A stretch of 64,000 nucleotides of DNA, taken from IMG/VR virus record IMGVR_UViG_3300028706_000553; one strand, given 5' to 3'. Shown piece after piece: positions 9,355 to 18,751 of the stretch (within the stretch, counting starts at the first letter, position 1; every line of letters begins with the position of its first letter). The stretch comes from a virus. Made by a program: the position numbers and the translations under genes. The notes under the pieces were generated by a model that was not told the DNA's origin, ran no database searches, and was given only the letters and a program-made list of their open reading frames with translations.

Positions 9355-10467
9355 ATGAAATGCTTGGCACCGTGGGTTACAATTAGACAAGATGAAGATG
9401 GTTCTGTAATGCCTTGTTCTTCTTATTTTATACGCCTTAAAGATGTTAAAATAGGATCTACTCATAGAAATATTCAAGAATTTTTTAATGGATCTGATTA
9501 TAATGATTTTCGTATGCGAATGTGCAATGATGAAGACATTAAAGGGTGTATTGAATGTAAGGTAGATGCTGAAAATGGTAATCCAAGTCATCGCGATTAT
9601 TGGAATACAAAATATGCAAATATTACAGAACCGGCAATAAGAGAATTAGAATTATGTTTAAGTAATAAATGTAATTTTCAATGTATAGCGTGTAATAGCC
9701 ATTTTAGTAATAAGTGGTATAAAGATGATAAAGCATTAAATGAATTAGGAGTAGATAAAACTGGTCAGCTATCACCTCGAAGACATTTAACTTCTCCTGA
9801 TGATATGGTTGGGGTTAATTTAGATAGTTTAGTATTATTGAGAATCCTTGGAGGCGAGCCCTTAATAGAACCCCGATTTTTAAATATCTTTGAAGTACTA
9901 AAAGAACGAAATATTATTCAAAATGTTGAACTGTTTATTAATACAAATAATTCCATCTTTCCAAATAAAGAATGGCAAGAGTATTTACGATTATTTAAAA
10001 AGATTACTATAGTATTAAGTATAGATTCTATAGGTAAGCTGGGTGAATGGAATCGCCGCGGTTTAAATATGAAGAAGTTTGAGATCAATAAAGGTCGATG
10101 GATGAACTTTCCTACTAATGTCGCATATAATTCTGTTGTCCATAATTTTTCTGTATTGGGTTTAAATGATTTAATTCATTGGGTAGATCTTCCGATTCAC
10201 TTTGGCATGGAAGGAAAAGATCACGCTTTAGATTTAACATTGGGACCATCATACCTATGTATTCAAAATTTACCTGAACATACGAAAGAGTTAATCGCGG
10301 ATAAATTGGACAGGAGATTAAATAAGGTAAAGGAATTTATGTTTGCAGAAGAACATAATCCAAGGTATGTAAAACAGTATAAAAAGTTTTATGAATACTT
10401 CGAGAAAAAATGGGGCATGCCACCGGAAAATAAATTAATTTATGAAAGCGTATGCGAGAAATATTAG
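9355..10467 (+). CDS. Radical SAM protein with N-terminal twitch domain
   Basis: CLAPW...MPC...CIEC; CNFQCIAC; ILGGEPL; SIDS. Confidence 0.9.
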   Translation: MKCLAPWVTIRQDEDGSVMPCSSYFIRLKDVKIGSTHRNIQEFFNGSDYNDFRMRMCNDEDIKGCIECKVDAENGNPSHRDYWNTKYANITEPAIRELELCLSNKCNFQCIACNSHFSNKWYKDDKALNELGVDKTGQLSPRRHLTSPDDMVGVNLDSLVLLRILGGEPLIEPRFLNIFEVLKERNIIQNVELFINTNNSIFPNKEWQEYLRLFKKITIVLSIDSIGKLGEWNRRGLNMKKFEINKGRWMNFPTNVAYNSVVHNFSVLGLNDLIHWVDLPIHFGMEGKDHALDLTLGPSYLCIQNLPEHTKELIADKLDRRLNKVKEFMFAEEHNPRYVKQYKKFYEYFEKKWGMPPENKLIYESVCEKY

Positions 10468-10937
10468 TAGTTGCATTAGAAGAAGAGTTGTCAGGTGCTG
10501 ACATATATTGTGGAATAGGACGAAGGAGCGGATATAATTTATCAAGCTTTTTAGAAAACCGCGGACCTTATCCACTACCCAAAAAAGTTATAAATTATGG
10601 TACTTGTGGATCCTTTATACATGGGCTAAGAGGATTACATAAAATAACAACCTTTAGTGATAGTGAAGAAGACCAAGGAGATGGTTTAGGTCTAAAACTT
10701 TTAACACAGGAAAAATTTGTTACAAAAATTGTACCTGGTTATGACTTAGTCGATTGTGAAGCTTTTTATTTAAAACAAATATGTGATAAAAGAGAAATAG
10801 AATTTGAATGTTACAAATATATAACAGATGAAGTTGGTAAAAATACAAAACAAGATTGGGTTAATGGAATGAAGGAAGGTGAGGCATGTTACAGAGAATA
10901 CTTGACGAAGGTTATGTCAAAATCGATTACGAAATAG
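10452..10937 (+). CDS. Purine nucleoside phosphorylase / MTA-SAH nucleosidase-like protein
   Basis: VINYGTCGS, VDCEAF (VDME-like), YKYITD in PNP_UDP-fold order. Confidence 0.65.
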   Translation: MREILVVALEEELSGADIYCGIGRRSGYNLSSFLENRGPYPLPKKVINYGTCGSFIHGLRGLHKITTFSDSEEDQGDGLGLKLLTQEKFVTKIVPGYDLVDCEAFYLKQICDKREIEFECYKYITDEVGKNTKQDWVNGMKEGEACYREYLTKVMSKSITK

Positions 10938-11416
10938 ATTTTCCCTACGAAGAATTTAAACTGGAATGGCCAGTTTTTAGAGAAACTCCATATTGGAAAT
11001 TGGAGATGATAGATTGGACTCCATTTGAAGAAATTAAATGTGAAAAATGGTGTTCTGATATGTATCAACTTAATATGGATATTCTTAATGATCCCCTTTA
11101 TGAAGATACAAGAAACTGTAGAGCTTCTATATTAAGATATAATAAAGGGTATATCAAAGAACATACAGATAGAGGAATGTTTACCTTTCTTTATAATATC
11201 TATCCCGGAATATATCTTAAAATAAATGAAAAATGGGAAGAGTTAGATTACGGACTGTTTATTTGGCTTGGTGATATCGGTGCAAAACAATTTAATAGGC
11301 CGGCAATGGAACATAAAGCTAATTGTAATGATATTCGTTGGTCACTTAATTATTTTTCAGCCCCGAGCAATATTGAAAGTCTTTGGACGGCAAATGAAAT
11401 GACCGGTACATTATGA
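10886..11416 (+). CDS. IPNS-like Fe(II)/2OG oxygenase
   Basis: EHTDRGMFTFL (HxD), WLGD, EHKA, RWSLNYF (RxS). Confidence 0.8.
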   Translation: MLQRILDEGYVKIDYEIDFPYEEFKLEWPVFRETPYWKLEMIDWTPFEEIKCEKWCSDMYQLNMDILNDPLYEDTRNCRASILRYNKGYIKEHTDRGMFTFLYNIYPGIYLKINEKWEELDYGLFIWLGDIGAKQFNRPAMEHKANCNDIRWSLNYFSAPSNIESLWTANEMTGTL

Positions 11417-11742
11417 ACAGATATATTATACAGACTTTAGTGACATGTAAAGGAAAAACCTTCTTATCTAAAGAATCATTTAAAAAATGGTTTGTAGAAA
11501 ATTTGGTTCCTCAAGATTCTGATCCTTTAAGAAAATATAATTTTACTATCATGGAACAACATGGTCATGAGAATTTCTTTTTAACATTTATTGCTCCGAA
11601 TAAAGGGATATTAACACATATATATCAAACAAAAGAAGAATATTATAATAGTATAAAATTAAGAACTGAACAACAAAACTTAATGCATAAATACAATATA
11701 GGATATGCAGTTTCAGATGTGATGAAACAGGTTATCAACTAA
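11413..11742 (+). CDS. Hypothetical protein
   Basis: 109-aa ORF, ATGA-coupled to the upstream gene; no recognised motif. Confidence 0.6.
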   Translation: MNRYIIQTLVTCKGKTFLSKESFKKWFVENLVPQDSDPLRKYNFTIMEQHGHENFFLTFIAPNKGILTHIYQTKEEYYNSIKLRTEQQNLMHKYNIGYAVSDVMKQVIN

Positions 11743-11766
11743 AAGAATTACAGTAAGGAAATTATC

Positions 11767-12438
11767 ATGTTACATGGTTCATTTAATAAGATGCTGAGAG
11801 AAACAATTCATGAATCTCAAAAGTGTCAAAGGAATTGGGATTTAAGTAAAGATATCCCTCAAGAAGATAAAGATTTAATCATCGAGGCCGCAACTAATTC
11901 TCCTTCAAAACAGAATCTTAATTACTTTAATGTTCATGTTATTGAAGATCGAGATGTAATTGAAAAAATTCATTCATATACAGAAGGTTTTGGGCCTATC
12001 TATAAAGATTTTGATACAAATAAAACCCCGCATGAAAGATCTAAAGATGGTCAAGCTCATTATGAGAAAGGAAAAGAGGATGGTAAATATTATACAAATC
12101 CTCAAGTATTAGGACAAATGCTTTTAGCATTTACTCCTAATGAACCCTCTCAAGTACGTGAAGAGAATGATTCTTATGATCAAGACAGAGATATGGCAAT
12201 TGGTATCTCAGCTGGCTATGTTAATGTTATAGCTACTCAAATGGGTTATTCAACCGGTTGTTGTAAGTGCATAAGTGATGTATCGGCAATTAGAGAAATT
12301 TTGGGTGAAGAGCCTATTTTGCTAATGGGAGTTGGTGTTGCTGATGCAAAAAGAGATAGACGAGAACATCACAACGATCCTTCTTTTACGTTTCCATCAT
12401 TAAAGCAGAATAAGAAAATTAGTGTTAATTATGTTTAG
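11767..12438 (+). CDS. Nitroreductase-family flavoprotein
   Basis: SQKCQRNW...LIIEAATNSPSKQN, GYVNVIATQMGYSTGCC, LLMGVG; AAGGA RBS. Confidence 0.8.
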   Translation: MLHGSFNKMLRETIHESQKCQRNWDLSKDIPQEDKDLIIEAATNSPSKQNLNYFNVHVIEDRDVIEKIHSYTEGFGPIYKDFDTNKTPHERSKDGQAHYEKGKEDGKYYTNPQVLGQMLLAFTPNEPSQVREENDSYDQDRDMAIGISAGYVNVIATQMGYSTGCCKCISDVSAIREILGEEPILLMGVGVADAKRDRREHHNDPSFTFPSLKQNKKISVNYV

Positions 12439-12440
12439 AA

Positions 12441-13616
12441 ATGCCTCTTTGTGATTTACCATTTAAATCTGTTTTTTTTATAAATCGAAAAAAAGACTTT
12501 CCTCTTTTTATGCCTTGTGAGGCTATAACTAAGAATAATGAAAGCCATTGCCCTATTCAAAAAATACCTAATCCTCTTGAATGGCAATCTGATGATTCAG
12601 AATTAAATCCAGAACAGATAATTAATTCTTTAAATTATCAAACCCTACAAGATAATCATCGAAAGGGTATAAAAGACAAAAGGTGTAAATTTTGTTGGGA
12701 CCTAGAAAAAATAGGACCCCACAGTCCTAGATTAAACCCCGACAAAATTGATAAAGACACTGATGGATTAATGGTGCATTTTTTATTAGATAATAAATGT
12801 AATATGGCATGCCGGATGTGTTCTCCGATGGCTTCAAGTTTACTACAAAAAGATTTTAATTATTTTAAACATCATAAAAATGTTGATGATATCACTTCGG
12901 TAACCGATGGTTTTTTTTCTTCCGATGACATATTAAGTTCAGTAGAATTGTCTCAATGGGATTGGGTGATTAATAATATCCACAAAATTGGAGCCTTAAA
13001 AGTAACTGGAGGAGAACCTCTTTTTAATAAACAATTTATTAATGCAATGACCCCATTAAAAAAAGATGGGTTAAATTTAAATGTCACAACGAATGGATCT
13101 TTATTTACCAATAAAATGTGTGATATTCTTAACGAATTTAAAGGATTGTATTTCACAATATCACTTGATTCAATAGGAAAAAATTATGAATACGTGAGAT
13201 ATCCATATAATTTTAAAAAGGTGGAAAAATCAATAGCCAATTTTATTAAAAGATGTTATAATATAAAGGAGATTAAATATAATTGTGTTGTGAGCGCATT
13301 AAACATATTTTATATAGATGAATTGATAAAATGGAATAATGATTCATTTAATATTTATTTTACTGAAGTATATCCCAATCTTAGAGGCATAGGTATAAAA
13401 AACTTGCCTGTGTTTTTATTAAAAGAATTGTATGATATAATTCTTAATGTAGAATTTAGTGATCATATGTTATTAAACATGATTCAAAAAGCTATTGATG
13501 ATAATCAAGAAGATAAACAAAAGATGATTAAAGAAATAAAATTATTTGATTCATCTCGAAATCAAAAGTTTGAAAATTATTTACATCCCAAATTAGTCCA
13601 ATGGTTGCAGTCTTAA
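12441..13616 (+). CDS. Radical SAM protein with N-terminal twitch domain
   Basis: CDLPF...MPC...CKFCW; CNMACRMC; VTGGEPL; TTNGS; SLDS. Confidence 0.9.
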   Translation: MPLCDLPFKSVFFINRKKDFPLFMPCEAITKNNESHCPIQKIPNPLEWQSDDSELNPEQIINSLNYQTLQDNHRKGIKDKRCKFCWDLEKIGPHSPRLNPDKIDKDTDGLMVHFLLDNKCNMACRMCSPMASSLLQKDFNYFKHHKNVDDITSVTDGFFSSDDILSSVELSQWDWVINNIHKIGALKVTGGEPLFNKQFINAMTPLKKDGLNLNVTTNGSLFTNKMCDILNEFKGLYFTISLDSIGKNYEYVRYPYNFKKVEKSIANFIKRCYNIKEIKYNCVVSALNIFYIDELIKWNNDSFNIYFTEVYPNLRGIGIKNLPVFLLKELYDIILNVEFSDHMLLNMIQKAIDDNQEDKQKMIKEIKLFDSSRNQKFENYLHPKLVQWLQS

Positions 13617-14383
13617 ATTACGGTCATCGGCCACTTGAAAAAGAAAAAAGAGAACAACGAAATAAATTGTTTGAAGGAATGGAACAATTCTATTATGTTT
13701 CTAATTATATTGCATCTCCAAATCATAATACAGTTTATATAATGGAAGAAGATGATAAAGTTTACATAGATGAATTGATTCCGGCGGAAAGCAAACACCT
13801 CATGGGGCTTAAAGATATTAATTATTTTGATTATTTTCGTTTATTAAATAAAGCACAATATTATTTTCCTGAGCCTTTCAAGAAATTGGTAGATGCACCA
13901 AATACTATTAATACACTAACCGCTAATCATAGTGCTCAACAGAGCTTAAACGAACTTATTTATTGGATGGAATTTTGGAATAGAGGTGATAGAGATTTTG
14001 ATAAAATTATCTTTATGTCAAATTCATATTTTTGTGAAGATGAGAAATGGATTGAGGAACAGATTCAGGAAGACAATTGGTTTATACATGATGAAGGTAA
14101 TAATAAACATGCTAAAAGTTTTTGGTCTTGTGGGAGACATATATTTGATAAAATAATAAATCAACTACCAGTGTTGGCTAAAGAACACTGGAAGAATTTT
14201 CATTCTGGAAATCAATTTGATTCCGATTCTGAAACATTTAAATATAAATTATTTTTTGAAAAATTTAAATTAACTCCGGCTCCACCGAACGGAATGACAA
14301 AACGAGGAATACAACTTCCTGAAAATGGTCATCCTATAAGAATAGAAATGGGATGCAAGAAATGGTTAGATGGACATTATTAG
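13601..14383 (+). CDS. Hypothetical protein
   Basis: 260-aa ORF overlapping both neighbours; no recognised motif. Confidence 0.6.
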   Translation: MVAVLNYGHRPLEKEKREQRNKLFEGMEQFYYVSNYIASPNHNTVYIMEEDDKVYIDELIPAESKHLMGLKDINYFDYFRLLNKAQYYFPEPFKKLVDAPNTINTLTANHSAQQSLNELIYWMEFWNRGDRDFDKIIFMSNSYFCEDEKWIEEQIQEDNWFIHDEGNNKHAKSFWSCGRHIFDKIINQLPVLAKEHWKNFHSGNQFDSDSETFKYKLFFEKFKLTPAPPNGMTKRGIQLPENGHPIRIEMGCKKWLDGHY

Positions 14384-15182
14384 AAAAAGAAATCAACATA
14401 ATACTGGAGACAATTTACGTTTACATTTAAATGAATGTATAACCCCTACATGGAAGAACTTTCAACATTATCCTGATCTCGAGAAGTATTATAAAGAGTT
14501 TGAAAATATTTTAGGACATAAATTATTTTTCACTGAGGGCATTTCAGGTGCTGTAAAAGAGATTATGTCTATTTTGAAACCACGTACGGCAGAATGGCAA
14601 GGTACTTGGGCGCTTTATGATATTTTTAAAAAGTTATATAGTTCAGATAATGGACCAGCAGTAATGTTTTGTTTATATCCAGAAACTGATATTGATAGTG
14701 TAGTTAAAGATTATGATCATGTGATTATAGATGATGCATATCAATATTTTCATGCTAGAGATTGGACTCCATTTTTAAAATATAAAAACGTAACTATCAT
14801 GAGAACATTTTCTAAGGCTTTTGGATTAGCAGGTCTTAGAATAGGGTACATTGCAGGTGAATTAGTTGATTTATTAGATATGCATAGAGGTGGATATGAA
14901 GCAAATTCTTTTGCTCTTGAAAGGGCTTTGTTTCATTTAAAAAATGAAAATCAGGTAAAGCAATATGCTAGTGAGGTAAAAAGAGTCAGGGTACATATGC
15001 TTGATAAATATTCTGACATGCGATGGGATGGATATAGCAATTCATTATATACGAAAAGAATTGACATTCATCAAAAAATGCTTGATAATAATATATTGGT
15101 TAAACAATTTGCACGCGAAGCACGGATCACATTAGCACCAATGTCACATATGAAAGAAGTATTCAATATATTAGATGAATGA
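14370..15182 (+). CDS. PLP-dependent class I/II aminotransferase or decarboxylase (HisC/CobD-like, compact)
   Basis: LHLNE, IIDDAY, RTFSKAFGLAGLRIGY with the PLP lysine. Confidence 0.85.
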   Translation: MDIIRKRNQHNTGDNLRLHLNECITPTWKNFQHYPDLEKYYKEFENILGHKLFFTEGISGAVKEIMSILKPRTAEWQGTWALYDIFKKLYSSDNGPAVMFCLYPETDIDSVVKDYDHVIIDDAYQYFHARDWTPFLKYKNVTIMRTFSKAFGLAGLRIGYIAGELVDLLDMHRGGYEANSFALERALFHLKNENQVKQYASEVKRVRVHMLDKYSDMRWDGYSNSLYTKRIDIHQKMLDNNILVKQFAREARITLAPMSHMKEVFNILDE

Positions 15183-15969
15183 ATATTTACAGTATAAAAA
15201 ATCACTTGCAAAATTTAATCCTGAGAACTATGGTTTAGCGACTATAGATTTAAACCCTACGGAGTTATGTAACAGGGTTTGTCATTTTTGTCCGCGAAGC
15301 TCTTTTTATCCTAGTTTAAATTTAAACATGTCACTTGAATCTGCTGATCTATTACAAAGACGTTTAGTAGAGTTTAATTATCAAGGTGCTCTTACAATAG
15401 CAGGAAAAGGTGAACCTCTTCTTAATAAAAACATATATGGAATAATTACAATTTTAAATTCTTGGAATCCTATTTTAATAACAAATGGTGATTCTATTTT
15501 AAAGGATAATTCAATAGCGAAGAGATTGTTTAATTCAGGAGTACATCAAGTAATTATTAGTGAATACGATAGCATGACGAAAACAGAAATTTGGGATGAA
15601 TTATTTGAAGGACGAAATTATAGAGTTAAAGATTTAACAAAAGGAGCTGAACAATATTTTAATAATAGGGGTGGCTCTTTTAATACTATTAATAATTCTT
15701 TAGAACGAACGTGTTATTTTCCTTTTTATAAGATTACTATTAATTATGACTTATCTTTAAATTTTTGTTTAAATGATTGGAAGTATAAAGAAGAGATTGG
15801 TAATTTGACCACGAATACTTTAAAAGATATTTGGATGGGCTCTAAGATGATGGCTTATAGAAAAAAGCTAATTGAAAAAAGAAGGTGTGATATTAACGCT
15901 TGTAAAAAATGTGATACTGATGGTACATTAATGGGCCAGGAGAGTTTTGAATGGTTCCAAACATTATAG
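15175..15969 (+). CDS. Radical SAM/SPASM protein
   Basis: CNRVCHFC; GKGEPL; TNGD; C-terminal CYFPF...FC...CKKC. Confidence 0.9.
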   Translation: MNEYLQYKKSLAKFNPENYGLATIDLNPTELCNRVCHFCPRSSFYPSLNLNMSLESADLLQRRLVEFNYQGALTIAGKGEPLLNKNIYGIITILNSWNPILITNGDSILKDNSIAKRLFNSGVHQVIISEYDSMTKTEIWDELFEGRNYRVKDLTKGAEQYFNNRGGSFNTINNSLERTCYFPFYKITINYDLSLNFCLNDWKYKEEIGNLTTNTLKDIWMGSKMMAYRKKLIEKRRCDINACKKCDTDGTLMGQESFEWFQTL

Positions 15970-16706
15970 AAATAAATCCAACAGAACTATGTAATCGAAA
16001 ATGTAGTTTTTGTGCTAGATCAGAAGATTATCCAAATCAAAATTTAAATTTAGATTTAAGAGGTGCTTTTATAATAAGGAAAAGGCTTGAAGAAATGGAT
16101 TGGAGAGGAAGTCTCAAATTGACCGGTCAAGGTGAACCAACTCTTAATAAAAAAATAATTAGAATTGCCCAAGCATTACAATCGCATAACTGGGAATTAA
16201 CAACTATTACTAATGGTGATTTTTTACATAATATAGATTCAAAATATTTTAAAGTTTTTGATAAAATTACAATATCTTGTTACGAAAAGGAAAAGTTTGA
16301 AGATTATAAAAAGTTTGATGTCGAAGTTAGAAAACAGTGGCTTCCAGAAAATCAAACCCTATTTAATAATTGTGGTGGAGCCCTTGAAAGCACTAAAAAA
16401 ATACCTATGCAACGGGAGTGTTATACCCCGTTTTACAGAGCTTATATCGATTGGAACTTAGATGTAAGGTTGTGTTGTCATGATTGGAAATATAAACATA
16501 CATTTGGTAATTTAAAAGATAAGACATTCAAAGAGATTTGGTATTGTAAGGAATTTCAAAAATTAAGAAAACAATTAAAAGATGGTAATAGATCATTAGC
16601 ATCATCTGCATGCTCAGAATGTAATGCAAATGGCAAAATGAATGTGCGCACAAATACTACGGATGGTAAATCAATATTTGAGAATTGGAAATATGATAAA
16701 ACATGA
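15951..16706 (+). CDS. Radical SAM/SPASM protein, tandem paralogue of 15175-15969
   Basis: NPTELCNRKCSFC; GQGEPT; CYTPF...LCC...CSEC. Confidence 0.9.
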   Translation: MVPNIIEINPTELCNRKCSFCARSEDYPNQNLNLDLRGAFIIRKRLEEMDWRGSLKLTGQGEPTLNKKIIRIAQALQSHNWELTTITNGDFLHNIDSKYFKVFDKITISCYEKEKFEDYKKFDVEVRKQWLPENQTLFNNCGGALESTKKIPMQRECYTPFYRAYIDWNLDVRLCCHDWKYKHTFGNLKDKTFKEIWYCKEFQKLRKQLKDGNRSLASSACSECNANGKMNVRTNTTDGKSIFENWKYDKT

Positions 16707-17001
16707 AGATTTAGTTTATTGTGGAGCATGGCATGGAGATAAAAAATGGAAGGAGGTTGAAATTGCATCTGATTTCTCCGTTTATCCCTGTTGTCTACTT
16801 AATGCCGCACATCAACTAAACAATACATATTTTGATAAAAAATTAGATAGCATGGACAAAGATTGGAATAATTTAAAGCATAATAAATTAAAAGATATTT
16901 TAGAAATTTGGCGTCAACATATAAAACCCGAATATTGGAAAGATGAAAAAACCTTGCCGGGTTGTTGTAATAATTTTTGTAGTATAAAATCGGACAAGTA
17001 A
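16693..17001 (+). CDS. Stand-alone SPASM/twitch-like Fe-S domain protein
   Basis: C...EIASDFSVYPCC...CCNNFC matches the C-terminal domain of the rSAM paralogues at 22118, 23258 and 29612; ATG 16693 preferred over 16642. Confidence 0.65.
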   Translation: MIKHEDLVYCGAWHGDKKWKEVEIASDFSVYPCCLLNAAHQLNNTYFDKKLDSMDKDWNNLKHNKLKDILEIWRQHIKPEYWKDEKTLPGCCNNFCSIKSDK

Positions 17002-17729
17002 TGGTAAAAGAAATAGATCATTATTATGAAAAATTGTGGCTAGATTTTGATTTCACTATATCAAGCTATTGTAATGCGGCATGCCCTTCCTGTAAAAGAT
17101 ATGAAGATTTTCTTATTACAGAATATAATCCTAATCAACCATTACATCCGGGACTAAAACAATTACATATGGATTTTGACATCTACAGATCAATTATAGA
17201 AAGAGATATCGAACTGTTCAAAAATAAATATGTGACATTTGAGGGGGAATTAGGGGACGCCCTCACTAATCCAAATATATTAAAATTTATAGATTATAGT
17301 TCTAGCGTATTTAAAAGACTCAGAATAGTTACTAACGGGGGGCTTAGAACATCTAAATTTTTTAATGACTTGGGAAATACATATAATAATTTAGAAATTA
17401 TGTTTTCTATAGATGGATTAGATAATGAGATCAATCAAAAGTATAGAAGACGTGTCAATACGCCAAAAGCATATGAGAACATGATTGCATATAAACAGAG
17501 TAAATATGGTGCCGGCACAACATTTTGGCAATATTTAATTTTTCAGCATAATTGGTTTGAAATTCCAGAAATATTAAACATTGCAAAAAAGTATAAAATT
17601 GTGATTGATATGAAAATTAATAATCGGCCTAAATTTCGAATTGAAGAGAAACTCATACCGAACGTTATGGAGACGTATGAACAAAATAAGTTTGAATGCA
17701 GTTCACTACAACAGATAAAGTCTAGATAG
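17001..17729 (+). CDS. Radical SAM core lacking its SPASM domain
   Basis: CNAACPSC; GELGDAL; TNGG; FSIDGL; FWQYLIFQHN; ends without a PCC domain. Confidence 0.85.
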   Translation: MVKEIDHYYEKLWLDFDFTISSYCNAACPSCKRYEDFLITEYNPNQPLHPGLKQLHMDFDIYRSIIERDIELFKNKYVTFEGELGDALTNPNILKFIDYSSSVFKRLRIVTNGGLRTSKFFNDLGNTYNNLEIMFSIDGLDNEINQKYRRRVNTPKAYENMIAYKQSKYGAGTTFWQYLIFQHNWFEIPEILNIAKKYKIVIDMKINNRPKFRIEEKLIPNVMETYEQNKFECSSLQQIKSR

Positions 17730-17734
17730 ATATT

Positions 17735-18751
17735 ATGATAAATTCTGAATTTCAACCACTAAAAGAAATGATCGTGGGCGCTTCATATTTAAATCATACA
17801 AGTATGATTGAAGGGTTAGATCAAGTTATAGAAGAAACAAATGAAGACTGTAGGACTTTAGCAGATATATTAACAGAGCTAGGGGTAAAAGTTCTAAGAC
17901 CTAAACAGAAGGCATTTAATAAAAAAGTTCATCATCCTATAATGCCTAGAGATGTATTTGGGTTTTACGGCAATAAAATGATACAAACGTATGGGGCTAT
18001 TCATTCAAGACAAGAAGAATTAATATGTTATGATGAAATAGTAAATACATATAAAGATAAGATTCTTATTAGAATGGGTAAGCCTGATATAGATGAAACA
18101 GAAGAAACTGAATATACTGAAGCCCATTCTAATAAGATTAAAGTACAACAAAGATATGACAAATATAAAGATTTGTGTTTGTGGGAAACAGCTAACATGG
18201 TAAAATGCGGCGAGCATATTTTGCATACTCAATCCGCTGATAAAGATCCAATAAGTGGAAAAGGAACAGAAGTAGGTTTACAGTTTATGAAAGAGATGTT
18301 ACCAGAATTTAAATTTATAGAGCTCCCAGTCGGTGGTCATATTGATGGTAAATTAGCTCTTTTAAGACCAGGACTTTTATTAACATGGCGGAAAGAATTT
18401 ATTCCTGATGCACTCAAAAATTGGGATGCTATTATAGTAAATGATAAGTCCAAGTTACCGGACGAATTTAAAAGTACTCGTAAACAGCGGTTTTATAAAG
18501 ACTATGTGCTAAAGTATTTGAGTGATTGGACAGGATATTGTGAAGAAACATATTTTGATGTTAATTGTATTTCAGTAAATGAAGATACAATAATTACTGC
18601 CGGCAGCGAAAAAGAAAATATTAAACAAATAGAAAAATATGGTATTAATGTTATAAGATGGAAGCATCGTCATAGATACTTCTGGGATGGTGGTGTCCAT
18701 TGTTTTACACAAGATACGGTAAGAAAGGGTTCCTGTGAAAGATACTTATAA
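17735..18751 (+). CDS. Amidinotransferase (glycine or inosamine-phosphate type)
   Basis: MPRD, GHIDG, NCISV, GGVHCFTQDTVR with the catalytic Cys. Confidence 0.85.
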   Translation: MINSEFQPLKEMIVGASYLNHTSMIEGLDQVIEETNEDCRTLADILTELGVKVLRPKQKAFNKKVHHPIMPRDVFGFYGNKMIQTYGAIHSRQEELICYDEIVNTYKDKILIRMGKPDIDETEETEYTEAHSNKIKVQQRYDKYKDLCLWETANMVKCGEHILHTQSADKDPISGKGTEVGLQFMKEMLPEFKFIELPVGGHIDGKLALLRPGLLLTWRKEFIPDALKNWDAIIVNDKSKLPDEFKSTRKQRFYKDYVLKYLSDWTGYCEETYFDVNCISVNEDTIITAGSEKENIKQIEKYGINVIRWKHRHRYFWDGGVHCFTQDTVRKGSCERYL

